The position numbers and the translations under genes were made by a program. The notes below the pieces were generated by a model, which was given only the letters and a program-made list of their open reading frames with translations, was not told the DNA's origin and searched no databases. From sequence record ON529852.1: DNA of 64,000 nt. One strand, given 5' to 3'. Shown here piece after piece: positions 24,994 through 34,173 of this stretch (position 1 is its first letter; every line of letters begins with the position of its first letter).

Positions 24994-25701
24994 CTACGGC
25001 TGGGGAGCCTTCCATTGCAGGGCCGCGCACAACGGCGTCTCAATGAGGTTGCGCGCGCCGGCCGATCTCGGCCCGCCCGTGTTGAAGATGGCGACCACCT
25101 CACCCGCGCCGTTGACGATCGGGCCGCCCGACATGCCGGGATGGGCCTCGCCGCCGAGGAGAGCCTGGTGATGGGCGATCTCTCCCGTCTTCAGGCGCTG
25201 ATCGGCATAGTCGCCGGCGAAGGTCAGGCGCTGAACAGCGAAGTCGACGCCGTGGGCGTATCCGAACCCCAGATATTCGACGCCGGCGCGCAGGCCGTCG
25301 CAGTTCACCGGCGTGACCGGCGTGTCGCCCAGATCAGCGGTCAGGACCGCCGTGTCCAGGCGGCGATCGATGTAGGAGACGGCGACCAGGCGATCCTTGA
25401 AAAGGCAGGCGGCGTTCTTGTCGACGACGTGGGCGGCGGTGAGGATGCGATTGCGGGCGATGATCGTGCCGGTGCCCGTGTAGATGCGCGACGCAGCCTT
25501 CTGTTCCTGCGTCATGGCGTCCATGTCGGCGAGCCCCAGCCCGTCCGGCAGGCGCAGGCAGGTGATGAGGCCGACCGTGTTCAGGTTGAGAAAGTATCGG
25601 TCCTGGGAGGACCCTGTCAGGCCCAGGGGAGACGCCGACGGCGTCAGAGACGACGCAAAGAGGACGACGGCCGTGAACAGCACGGCGAGCGATCGGCGCA
25701 T
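24994..25701 (-). CDS. trypsin-like (S1) serine protease with signal peptide
   Basis: LTAAHV, LDTAVL and GMSGGP catalytic motifs; N-terminal MRRSLAVLFTAVVLFASS. Confidence 0.88.
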   Translation of the reverse strand: MRRSLAVLFTAVVLFASSLTPSASPLGLTGSSQDRYFLNLNTVGLITCLRLPDGLGLADMDAMTQEQKAASRIYTGTGTIIARNRILTAAHVVDKNAACLFKDRLVAVSYIDRRLDTAVLTADLGDTPVTPVNCDGLRAGVEYLGFGYAHGVDFAVQRLTFAGDYADQRLKTGEIAHHQALLGGEAHPGMSGGPIVNGAGEVVAIFNTGGPRSAGARNLIETPLCAALQWKAPQP

Positions 25702-26199
25702 GGCGATGACCAATGAGGGAGTGTCAGAAATACTGACACACCTGCCTGCGAAATGCAACGCTTACGCAACGCCGGCGCGAAAATAGCGAGAACCTTGCGG
25801 GGGCGAAGCGATCCTGCGCCAAATGGTCCCCGGAGGGCCGCGCGGCGGACGAAATGTGTCGCCTCTTGGGCAGGTTTCGCGGGGATCGCACCTGGAGTCT
25901 CCCCGAAGCGGATTCGCTAAATTTTGATTCAACAAAATTTCAGAAATTCGATGTTCGGATTCGATTCCGATTTCCGGAAAACACGCCGGCCGTTTTGATC
26001 AAGACCCCCTACCCGCCCCCCTCCCTGGCGGCTGCGCCAGGTTCGGAAGGGAATGCTCAAATCTCAATCCATCCGCCTGGCGCCCCGGCGAAAATCGGTC
26101 GAGGGAGGGGGGCCTTGGGTCCCTGACCGTCCCGTTTTGAAACAGGGGGGCCATGGGGGGTCCGGCCCCCATGGGAGGGGGCCGGGGGCGGCGGGGCGG

Positions 26200-26427
26200 T
26201 TAGGCCGCCGCCGCCATTTCCTCCGCGACCGCCGCCGAGATGCGGGCGAAGTCGGCGGCGGTGGTGTTGGCTTCGAGGTCCGCCATGGAGCGGATTTGAC
26301 GGCCCGCCATGTTGGCCTTGCGGAAAGCGGCGTTCAGGACGTAGTGGAAACGGGTGGCGAGTTCACCGGCTTGTTGCGAGGCCAGCATGGTGGCGAGAAC
26401 TTCGTAGTGCGATTGAACCGTTTTCAT
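26200..26427 (-). CDS. hypothetical protein, 75 aa
   Basis: Last cassette of the CtrA-promoter array. Confidence 0.75.
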   Translation of the reverse strand: MKTVQSHYEVLATMLASQQAGELATRFHYVLNAAFRKANMAGRQIRSMADLEANTTAADFARISAAVAEEMAAAA

Positions 26428-26629
26428 TTTCGTCAGTCCCTGTGCGGGGGGCCAATCCCTCCGTCCATGTGAAGACTATGCCCTGAAAGTCTTAACAAGA
26501 AGTTAACGGGCAAAAGAAAATGCGCGCCGCGCGAAGAAAAACGCACGTCGCCGGGAAGGCCGTTTTTAGCGCCATACAGGGCAGGGGAGGGCTCGCCGCT
26601 GTCAGGCGACGGGCGAGCCCCTGAAGCCC

Positions 26630-26875
26630 CTAGCTGGCCGCTCCCTCGGCCTCGCAACGCAGGTCGTCGGAGGCTTGCGCCGCGTTCAGGCAATCTTGCG
26701 CGCTCATGCCGTAGTCGTCCACATAGGCGTGAACCTCGCCGCCCTCGATCACATATTGAACGAGGGAGTAGGATTCGGCGGGCGGCTTGGGCAGGGCGAA
26801 GCCGTGACCGTCGAAGGCGACAACGGCGAGGGTGGCGACGGCGAACAGGGCGGCGGGCAGGATCAGGCGGGGCAT
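26630..26875 (-). CDS. secreted/membrane hypothetical protein, 81 aa
   Basis: N-terminal hydrophobic helix; two Cys. Confidence 0.75.
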   Translation of the reverse strand: MPRLILPAALFAVATLAVVAFDGHGFALPKPPAESYSLVQYVIEGGEVHAYVDDYGMSAQDCLNAAQASDDLRCEAEGAAS

Positions 26876-26899
26876 GGGCGGGATTCCTTTGGGCAGGGG

Positions 26900-27058
26900 T
26901 CAGGCGTGAAGGTCGAGGGCGGCGGCGTCCGCCTTCGCCAGCGCGTCCGCCTTGGCGTAGGCGACGGCGGCGAGGGTCAGCGTGTCCAGCCGGGCGGCGA
27001 TCTGGCGGCGGGCGGCGCGGCGCTGGCGGCGTTGCAGGGGGGTCAGGTCGCGGAGCAT
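26900..27058 (-). CDS. hypothetical protein, 52 aa
   Basis: RBS plus ATG 27058. Confidence 0.6.
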   Translation of the reverse strand: MLRDLTPLQRRQRRAARRQIAARLDTLTLAAVAYAKADALAKADAAALDLHA

Positions 27059-27108
27059 GGGGAACCTTGGCAGGAGGGCGGGAGGCGGGCTTGCGCCCGC
27101 CCCTTGGG

Positions 27109-27273
27109 TTAGGCCAGAAGGGCGGCGATGCGGGCGGCGGCGCCTTGCGGGCGGGCTTGCTCGCCGGTCCACTCGGCGCGGACGTGCGCGGGGGCGGGGG
27201 CGGCGGCTTCCATGGCGGGCTTGCGCTGGCCGAAGGTGGCGGTGCGGGTCAGGGGCGAGGCGTTCTTGAACAT
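27109..27273 (-). CDS. hypothetical protein, 54 aa
   Basis: CtrA promoter plus GGAGA RBS; not in the ORF track. Confidence 0.7.
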   Translation of the reverse strand: MFKNASPLTRTATFGQRKPAMEAAAPAPAHVRAEWTGEQARPQGAAARIAALLA

Positions 27274-27399
27274 GGGTCGTTCTCCGTTGTTGAACCCACT
27301 ATAGGGGCGCAGAACTTAACAGCAAGTTAAAATCGTCAGGCCCTTGAATCTTTTTTGAGGGCAGGGCGGGGGAGGCGCTGGGCCTCCCCTTGGGGCGGG

Positions 27400-27564
27400 T
27401 CAGCCGCGCGCGCCGCGCAGCCAGCCATCCGTCCAGTTCGCGGCGTCCGCCGTGTCGAGGGGATGCGGGCAGGCGTCGAAGGGCAGGCCCGAATTGTAAG
27501 CGTCACGGCCAGCCTTGTAAGCGGAGGTCAGGGGCATGAGAGGCGTTCCCGTCGGCGCTGTCAT
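27400..27564 (-). CDS. Rmf/CrpP-like small protein, 54 aa
   Basis: AYKAGRDAYNSG.PFDACPH.......NWTDGW matches the ribosome modulation factor pattern; own CtrA promoter. Confidence 0.65.
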   Translation of the reverse strand: MTAPTGTPLMPLTSAYKAGRDAYNSGLPFDACPHPLDTADAANWTDGWLRGARG

Positions 27565-27787
27565 GGGGCCAATCCCCTAGCGGCGACATAGGCAGATTAG
27601 CCGTCCAACCGTTAACAAGAAGTTAACGCCGCGAAAGTTTTTCAGGGCAGGATGGTTAACGGATTCGCCCCCCGGCGTTAACCATAGGGCCAGGCGCGGC
27701 GCGCGGGCGCGTTAACCTTAACGCCGCATTAGGGTTAACGGCGGCGTGTGCGCCTAGCCCCGCCCGGCGCGCCGGGCGGGGCGGGCG

Positions 27788-27988
27788 TCAATGCACCTCG
27801 CGGCCTAGCAGCTTGCCGCGCGGGCCGATTGTGACCTTCTGGGCCGCGCCATACATGGTGACGTTAACAACCGTTTTGTGGCCCGACTGGCGCACGGTCA
27901 GGGCCTCGATGGCGCCGCCGCCGACGATGCGGCGCAGGGCGTCGCGTTGCGCGGGGTTCAGCTTGGCGATCTCTTGGGCGGTGGTCAT
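27788..27988 (-). CDS. hypothetical protein, 66 aa
   Basis: CtrA promoter plus RBS. Confidence 0.75.
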   Translation of the reverse strand: MTTAQEIAKLNPAQRDALRRIVGGGAIEALTVRQSGHKTVVNVTMYGAAQKVTIGPRGKLLGREVH

Positions 27989-28104
27989 GGCGGCTCTCTC
28001 CGTTGATGCTCCTGTATCGCATCGGTTCCTTAACAACAAGTTAACGGCGGAAAGTTTTTCGCTGGCGCGGGCCGCCCGGCGCGCCGGGCGGCGGGTTCAG
28101 CGTA

Positions 28105-28347
28105 TCAGAACAAATCCAACCCCTTGTGTGAGGGGTCAGCGCCGATCTCGGCGCAATAGCCGCGCCACGCCGGGCTATGGCCGCGATCCCCGTTCAAGGC
28201 GTCTTTCAGGTCGTCGTAACGGTCGCAAAGGGTTTGACTACGCAGCGAGTTCAGGCCTTGGGCGCCGCGCGCGACATGGGCGGAAATGCTTTGGCGGGTG
28301 CGGTGCAGGGCCTTGATGATCTTGGTTTCGGTCTGGGCGGCGGTCAT
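28105..28347 (-). CDS. hypothetical protein, 80 aa
   Basis: CtrA promoter plus RBS. Confidence 0.75.
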   Translation of the reverse strand: MTAAQTETKIIKALHRTRQSISAHVARGAQGLNSLRSQTLCDRYDDLKDALNGDRGHSPAWRGYCAEIGADPSHKGLDLF

Positions 28348-28509
28348 GGCGTTTCCCTTGGGGTTGCCGTTGCTGTCCCTCCCTAATAGCCGCGATTCGT
28401 TAACAAGAGGTTAACGGCGCGAAGAATCTCCGGGCGGGCTTGGCGTTAACCTTAACAGGCGCGCCGGGGCCTGAAAAACCCCGCCCGGCGCGCCGGGCGG
28501 GGTCTGGCG

Positions 28510-28788
28510 TCAGGCGACCTGACGAATCAGCCGCCGTTGCCGGAACAGCCGATAAGTGAAGAACGCCCGGCCCATGTCCGATTCGGTGTCAGCCGCGAAG
28601 TGGTCGGCGAACGCCAGCGGCATCGACGTATAGTCGGCGCCGTCGTCGCCCGTCCGGGCGATCAGCGAGCCTTCCGCGTCGCAAAGGTAAAGGTCGAAGT
28701 CGCGACCGTCGTTCGGCGCGACCGCCGCGACCAGACGGCAGGCGGCGCAGTCATGAGCGAAGCGGGCGGTTTTGAAGAAAGAGGCCAT
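28510..28788 (-). CDS. hypothetical protein, 92 aa
   Basis: CtrA promoter plus RBS. Confidence 0.75.
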   Translation of the reverse strand: MASFFKTARFAHDCAACRLVAAVAPNDGRDFDLYLCDAEGSLIARTGDDGADYTSMPLAFADHFAADTESDMGRAFFTYRLFRQRRLIRQVA

Positions 28789-28905
28789 GGCGTGTCCCTT
28801 GGGGTTGCCGTTGATGTCATCCCCTTATCCCACCCAACCCTTAACAAAACGTTAACGGCGGAAAGAAAAATCGCCCGCCCGGTTCGCCGGGCGGGCGGGG
28901 TCGTC

Positions 28906-29817
28906 TTAGGCGGCGAGGGCGACGTCTAGGGCCTCGCCAGCGGGCTCCGCCTCGCCCGCGTCGGCGCTGGCGTTCAGGATGAATTCGGCGGCGGCTTGGG
29001 CCTTGGTGCAAGCCTGAATGAAGGCCTTGGGGTTGGAGCGGATGCGCTTGGCCCATGCGCCGATATAGGCGGCGTGGTCGTCGCGCTCGACGCTGGCGAA
29101 GCCTTGCGAGGCGCAGACAAACGCCGCCGTCAGTTCCGCGACCAGTTCCTCAAAGGCGTAAGCGTCGTCGCCGAACTCGCGACCAAAGACGCGGTTGAGG
29201 CGATGCGCCGCGCCGGTCCAGTGGCCGATTTCGTGGAAGGCCGTCGAATAAAAGCCATCGACCGAAACGAAGTCGGCGAAGGCCGGAAGCTGGATGCGAT
29301 CGACGCTCGGCGCGTAAAAGGCTTTCGTGCCGCCGTAGCGGATTTCGGCCCCGGTGGCGAGCATGAGGGCGTCAGCGGCGGCGATGCGCTCCAGTTCCGG
29401 GCGCGCCGCGACGGGCTCGCCTTGGGGCAGTTCGATTCCGTCGCACTGGGCGATGTTGAACACGGTGTAAGCCTTGGCGAAGAACGACGCCGTTTCCTCG
29501 CCCGTGGCCTTGTCTTTGCGGGTCGTCCGCGACCAGAAAAAGACCTGCGTTCCCTTCTCGCCCGCCCGGACGGAACCGCCCTTGGCCTTGGCTTGCTTGA
29601 ACGTCAGCCAAACGGGTTCAGCATAGCCGCGCGCTTCCTGTTCCATCCACAGCCAGAACACGTTGGCCCCGCGATAGGCGCGGCCTTCGATGTTGTGCGG
29701 CATGGCGATAGCGCCGGGGCGCGAGGTCCAAGGCTTGGCCCAAGGGCGCACGCCCGATTCCAGCTTGCCCGCGATGGTCGCGGCGATCTTGTCGAAAACG
29801 TCGTTTGCTTGAGCCAT
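28906..29817 (-). CDS. ardC: ArdC-family antirestriction / ssDNA-binding protein with zincin-like domain
   Basis: PWAKPW, YRGAN, WLTFKQA...GEKGT, VFNIAQ, HEIGHWTG, YAFEELVAE. Confidence 0.9.
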   Translation of the reverse strand: MAQANDVFDKIAATIAGKLESGVRPWAKPWTSRPGAIAMPHNIEGRAYRGANVFWLWMEQEARGYAEPVWLTFKQAKAKGGSVRAGEKGTQVFFWSRTTRKDKATGEETASFFAKAYTVFNIAQCDGIELPQGEPVAARPELERIAAADALMLATGAEIRYGGTKAFYAPSVDRIQLPAFADFVSVDGFYSTAFHEIGHWTGAAHRLNRVFGREFGDDAYAFEELVAELTAAFVCASQGFASVERDDHAAYIGAWAKRIRSNPKAFIQACTKAQAAAEFILNASADAGEAEPAGEALDVALAA

Positions 29818-29909
29818 GTCAGGCGCTCCCGTTGAGGTGATAGGGCCAAACTACCGTCCAACCCTTAACAAGAAGTTAACGGCAGAAATCTTTTCCGGCA
29901 AGCCCTATT

Positions 29910-30004
29910 TTAACTTTTTGTTAAGACTTGCGCCCTATGGTGTATCTTGGGGAGGGATCGGCTGGGCCGTTAACCATGTTCGTTAGGGCGGCGTTAACCT
30001 TAAC
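29910..30004 (+). repeat. copy 1 of a ~95-bp repeat: + strand CtrA promoter without a gene
   Basis: 55 bp (29950-30004) identical to 30908-30962. Confidence 0.85.
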
Positions 30005-30104
30005 GGAATCGAAAGCCGCGTTAAGGTTAACGAATCAGGCGGCGGCGTTAACCATGGGCCAGGGCCTCCGAAGGGCGGGCGGGGCCGAAGCCCCGCCGCG
30101 CCGG

Positions 30105-30467
30105 TCAGAACGGCTTGACGATTCGATAGGCGTCGTTCGCCCGCGCTTGGGCTCCGCCGTAGTCGCAAGCGAGGAAGTTTTCAGCCGCGCGGGCTTGCAG
30201 CATGAGCGACTCTTGCAGGGGCGTCGCCGGGGCGTTGTCCGGGCGCGCTTCGATCAGCTTGGCGATCACAACCCGAACCATGCCGGTCGCGTCGTTGCGG
30301 GTCAGTTGGCGCGTGTCGCGCATCCACTGAATCGCCTTTTCGTGAACGTCGTGAACCATGGTCAGGCACTCGCGGTCAAAGGCCGATGCGCCGCGCGCGG
30401 CGGCGGTGATGTCGCCCAGCGTTTGCAGCATGAAGCCGATGGTCCGGGTTTTGCGTTCGTTCCGCAT
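30105..30467 (-). CDS. hypothetical protein, 120 aa
   Basis: RBS; preceded by a palindrome and T13 tract rather than a CtrA box. Confidence 0.75.
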   Translation of the reverse strand: MRNERKTRTIGFMLQTLGDITAAARGASAFDRECLTMVHDVHEKAIQWMRDTRQLTRNDATGMVRVVIAKLIEARPDNAPATPLQESLMLQARAAENFLACDYGGAQARANDAYRIVKPF

Positions 30468-30569
30468 CGCGGTGATTCCTTGGCAGGGGCGGCAAGAGCG
30501 CCGCCCGACTGTTAGAGCACGCGGAACATTCCTTTACAAGAGCGTTCCGCGCTTTTTTTTTTTTTGAAG

Positions 30570-30755
30570 TCAGCGGCGGGCCGGGCGCGACCAGCGGGGT
30601 TCCGTCCCGCGCGGCGGCATCGGCGCCGAATCGTCGTCGTCGTGGTCGCGCCACTTGCGCGAGCGGGAGGCTTCGCGGCTGGCGAAACGGTCCTGCTTGT
30701 CAAGCGTGTTGCGGGTGTCGTCGAGGGCGGCGTTACGGCGGAAGGTGCGGGCCAT
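30570..30755 (-). CDS. hypothetical charged protein, 61 aa
   Basis: CtrA promoter at 30822 plus RBS. Confidence 0.65.
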   Translation of the reverse strand: MARTFRRNAALDDTRNTLDKQDRFASREASRSRKWRDHDDDDSAPMPPRGTEPRWSRPARR

Positions 30756-30867
30756 GTCTGGACTCCAAGGGTTCGGGCGGCGGCCAATCCGTCGCCCTGT
30801 TGACACCCTAGAGTCGAAGGTCTTAACAAAACGTTAAGAACGGGTCCAGTCGAAAATCTTTTCGCTG

Positions 30868-30962
30868 TTAACCCTTTGTTAAGACTTCCACCCTATGCTG
30901 TCTCTTAGGGAGGGATCGGCTGGGCCGTTAACCATGTTCGTTAGGGCGGCGTTAACCTTAAC
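30868..30962 (+). repeat. copy 2 of the ~95-bp + strand CtrA-promoter repeat
   Basis: Matches 29910-30004. Confidence 0.85.
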
Positions 30963-31070
30963 AAAACCTTAAGCCCGTTAACCTGAATCGTTAAGGTTAA
31001 CGGATTCGCCCGTCGCGTTAACCATGATTCGCAACGCACAAAGAAAGGGGGCTGTCAAGCCCCCTCCCTC

Positions 31071-31313
31071 TTAATCGTGGCGGAAGATCGTGCGGGGCTT
31101 GGCGGCCAGCCGCATGGCGTGGCGGCGCTCGATTCGCTTGCCCTGATAGAAGTAGGTGCAGCGACCGAAACGGCCCTTGGGGCCGCGATGGATGCGCGTG
31201 ACCAGTTCGCCGCCGTTCACTTGCGCGACCAGAACGGTCAGGCGGGCGGTGCGGGCCTCGACCAGCGAGGCGGTCAGGGCGTTGCGGGCGTTCAGTTCGC
31301 GAGCGGTTTGCAT
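31071..31313 (-). CDS. hypothetical basic protein, 80 aa
   Basis: CtrA promoter plus GGAGA RBS. Confidence 0.75.
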   Translation of the reverse strand: MQTARELNARNALTASLVEARTARLTVLVAQVNGGELVTRIHRGPKGRFGRCTYFYQGKRIERRHAMRLAAKPRTIFRHD

Positions 31314-31590
31314 CGGGCGTCTCCGTGAGGGCCAATCCCTCTTGACCTGACCAATATGGGGCCAAGAAGTTAACAAGAGGTTAACAGCGCGAGAAAAGTT
31401 CGCTGAAAACGACTCGCAAGTTTTCGGCCCTCGGCGCCGGGCGCGGAGGGGGCGCGGGCCTCGACCGGGCCGGGGCGGCGACCGGGCGGGCGCGGGCCTC
31501 GACCGGGCCGGGGCGACGGGCGCGGCCAGCCCGCCCCCCGGCGTGGGTCGGACGATCTGGGCGGGCCTCCCGTGGGCGGAAACGGCCCGA

Positions 31591-31738
31591 CGTCAAGTTC
31601 GCCCGCGTGGGTGAAAACGGCCCGACGTCAAGTTCGCCCGTGGGCGGAAATGAAGCCGCGTCAAGTCAAGTCCGCGAGCGAAAGCGAAGCGGCGTCAGGT
31701 CAAGCCCGAAGGCGAAAGCGACGCCGCGTCAGGTCAGG
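31591..31738 (+). repeat. CGTCA(A/G)GT array, locus 1 (5 units, 33-35 bp period)
   Basis: Cores at 31591, 31626, 31659, 31693, 31727. Confidence 0.8.
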
Positions 31739-32240
31739 ACAGGGCGACGCCGCGCACCATCAAGGTCGCCGGCTCGCCTGTGACGCCCTCGACGAAGGCC
31801 CCGTCGAAGTCCTGGACCTTGACCACATGGTCAGGCGGGAAGCCGAACGATTGCGTTTCGCCGTCCAGTCGGATGCAGTCCGGCGTCTCCTGTTCGAGGC
31901 GGACCACGGTGAACCACGAATGTTCCAGCACCATATCCGCGCCGTCCGGGTCGGCGATGTCGTCGTCTTGCAGGTCCAGTTGGTCGCCGGGGTGCAGGTC
32001 GCGCACGGCGATTTCGCTCGGGATGCTCGGCCCGTAATAGACCACGGCGCCGCCCTCGATCTTGCCGCCGGTCCAGCCGCGCGCGCGGGCGAAAGCGTAA
32101 AGGTCCACCGAGTCGGCGAAGACCGGGGACAGCAGGTCGGCCTCTTTCGGCCCCTTGCCGTCCGTGGGGTCGAACAGGAAGGTTCCCAGCGCGCCGGTGA
32201 CGGCGGTGCATTGGATGGCGAGGTGAGCGATCTTGGTCAT
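31734..32240 (-). CDS. hypothetical protein, 168 aa
   Basis: CtrA promoter plus RBS. Confidence 0.8.
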   Translation of the reverse strand: MTKIAHLAIQCTAVTGALGTFLFDPTDGKGPKEADLLSPVFADSVDLYAFARARGWTGGKIEGGAVVYYGPSIPSEIAVRDLHPGDQLDLQDDDIADPDGADMVLEHSWFTVVRLEQETPDCIRLDGETQSFGFPPDHVVKVQDFDGAFVEGVTGEPATLMVRGVALS

Positions 32241-32374
32241 CGGGCGTCTCCGGTTTCGATCCTGCTACCCTAGCGGACAGAAGTTAACAAGAGGTTAACG
32301 CCGGGGCGATTTTTCGAGCGCGCTCGGGGCGAGCGGGCGTTAACCTTAACGGCCGTTAACGAAGCCAGGCCCGC

Positions 32375-32704
32375 CTAGTGCGCGTGGAAGTCCACGCGAC
32401 CGGCGGGCGAGACGTCGAAGTCCCAGACGTTGAAGCGGGCGGCTTCGGCGGCCTCCGCCTCTTCAGCCGCGCGGGCGGCGGCGTAGGCCTCGCCCTCGGC
32501 CTTGTGGGCCGCTTCGGCCTCGGCCAGTTCCGCGCACTCGCGGGCGTAGGCCTCGGGGCAGCCGTAGCCCGTGGGGCGGTCGGGGCGCGCGTCGAGCCAA
32601 GCCCGCGCGGCGGCGACCGTGACGCCCGCCATGACCGGGCGGACGCCGTAGTCGTTGCGGTGCAGGGCGTAGTAGAGGTCGAGGGTTTCCTGATCGGCGG
32701 TCAT
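32375..32704 (-). CDS. hypothetical protein, 109 aa
   Basis: CtrA promoter plus RBS. Confidence 0.75.
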   Translation of the reverse strand: MTADQETLDLYYALHRNDYGVRPVMAGVTVAAARAWLDARPDRPTGYGCPEAYARECAELAEAEAAHKAEGEAYAAARAAEEAEAAEAARFNVWDFDVSPAGRVDFHAH

Positions 32705-32792
32705 CACGTCTCTCCGGCGGGCCAGTCCCGCCACGTCTTCACCCTAGCGGACAGGTATTAACAAGAGGTTAACGCCCGCGCGAAAATCGGGC

Positions 32793-32899
32793 AGGGTCCC
32801 CGGCGATGAATTGGGCAGGGTCCCCGGTCGAAAAATCAGGCAGGGTCCCCGGCGATGAATTGGGCAGGGTCCCCGGTCGAAAAATCAGACAGGGTCCCC
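32793..32899 (+). repeat. AGGGTCCCC array, locus 1 (5 units, 24/25 bp period)
   Basis: Cores at 32793, 32817, 32842, 32866, 32891. Confidence 0.9.
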
Positions 32900-32925
32900 G
32901 TTAACCTTAACGGGCGGGGGCCGCG

Positions 32926-33045
32926 CTAGGCTCCGCGTCCCTTGCGGGAGTAGGAGCCTTTGCCCTTGCGGGCCTTGACCACGCGGACCCGGTAAGCCGG
33001 GGTGGCGAGGGCGGCGGCGGCGGGGTTGCGTTTCGGGGCGGCCAT
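32926..33045 (-). CDS. arfA: ArfA-like alternative ribosome-rescue factor, 39 aa
   Basis: MAAPKRNPAAAALATPAYRVRVVKARKGKGSYSRKGRGA carries the L..P.(F/Y)R.RV.K.+KGKGSY.RK signature; own CtrA promoter and RBS. Confidence 0.8.
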   Translation of the reverse strand: MAAPKRNPAAAALATPAYRVRVVKARKGKGSYSRKGRGA

Positions 33046-33098
33046 GGGTGTCTCCGTGGTTGATGGAAACACCCTAGCCGACAGAAGTTAACAAGAGG

Positions 33099-33545
33099 TT
33101 AAGCGTCGGGATATTGCGCCTGAAGCTTCGCCAGCGTGGCCCGGTCCTCGGCTTCGGCGGCGCGGCGGGCCTCGTCGCGGCGCTTCGCGGCGGCGGTGCG
33201 CTTGGCGTCGCGGGCGGCGGTTTCAGGGGCCAGCCACGCCGGTTCAGCGCCCTCGGCGGCCGGGGCCAGGTATGCCAAGGGGAAAGACACCTCGGCCCAG
33301 TCCTGATAGCCGTAGCTTCCCGAAACGTAGAATTTGACGTCCACGGTTTCAGGCTTGTCGCCGCGCGCCTCGTCCAGTTCCCAGCTTTCGAGATAGCCAT
33401 AGACGACAGTGTCCAGACGTTGGTCCTTGGGCTTCACAGGCTCATCCAGCCGGAAGATGTAAATCGCGCGGGCCAAGTGCTCCAGCGCCTCGTTAAGGGC
33501 GTCGCGCTCGGTCACAAAAGCCTTGAGACGGTCAGGGGTCAGCAT
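33099..33545 (-). CDS. hypothetical protein, 148 aa
   Basis: RBS; stop lies in the next CtrA box. Confidence 0.8.
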   Translation of the reverse strand: MLTPDRLKAFVTERDALNEALEHLARAIYIFRLDEPVKPKDQRLDTVVYGYLESWELDEARGDKPETVDVKFYVSGSYGYQDWAEVSFPLAYLAPAAEGAEPAWLAPETAARDAKRTAAAKRRDEARRAAEAEDRATLAKLQAQYPDA

Positions 33546-33560
33546 GGGCGGTTCTCCGGT

Positions 33561-34034
33561 TCAGGTCGCGGCGGTTTCGGTCAGGGCGGCGCGCAGGGCT
33601 TGGGTGACGGGGTGGATCGTCAGGGGATAGACTTTCGAGACGTCCCAGTGGCGTTGCATCAGGGCTTCGGCCTCGTCCAGAGTCTCGGCGGTCCCCTCCT
33701 TCAGCTTGACCCAGCCGGGCGCGATAGACGACACGTCTTCCAGCACGACGAACGGCGCGGGCAGGCGGACGACCTCGAAGCGCAAGGCCGGGTTTTCGTC
33801 CACGCCGAACGACTTGGAGACTTTGAAGTGAGACTCGTCCATGACCCGCAGGGCGAAGCGGGCCTGATAGGTGTCCGCGTCTTTCTTTTCGATGAAGCGA
33901 CCCAGCCCGTTGTTGCGCTCCCACTCGGCCAGCTTCTTGGTGAAGCGGGCGGGCGGCTTCGGCGCGCCGTCAGTGAAGCGGATCGTGGCGCCGAACGGGG
34001 CCAGCGCGTGCAGTTCGGTGGCGGTCAGAAACAT
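33561..34034 (-). CDS. hypothetical protein, 157 aa
   Basis: CtrA promoter plus RBS. Confidence 0.8.
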   Translation of the reverse strand: MFLTATELHALAPFGATIRFTDGAPKPPARFTKKLAEWERNNGLGRFIEKKDADTYQARFALRVMDESHFKVSKSFGVDENPALRFEVVRLPAPFVVLEDVSSIAPGWVKLKEGTAETLDEAEALMQRHWDVSKVYPLTIHPVTQALRAALTETAAT

Positions 34035-34173
34035 GGGGCTCTCCCGGAAATGATGCTTCGGTTCTAGCACTGATTCGTTAACAGGAGGTTAACACACCGG
34101 GCGGGACTGGCGGGCGTTAACCTTAACGGGGCGCGGGCAGGATCAGGCCCGCCGTGGGAGGCGGGCCGTCGCC

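Noticed and set aside
26103-26196. G-quadruplex from dense G-runs
   Set aside because: Most runs are explained by the GC-rich terminator hairpin (CCATGGGGG/CCCCCATGG) of gene 26200..26427.
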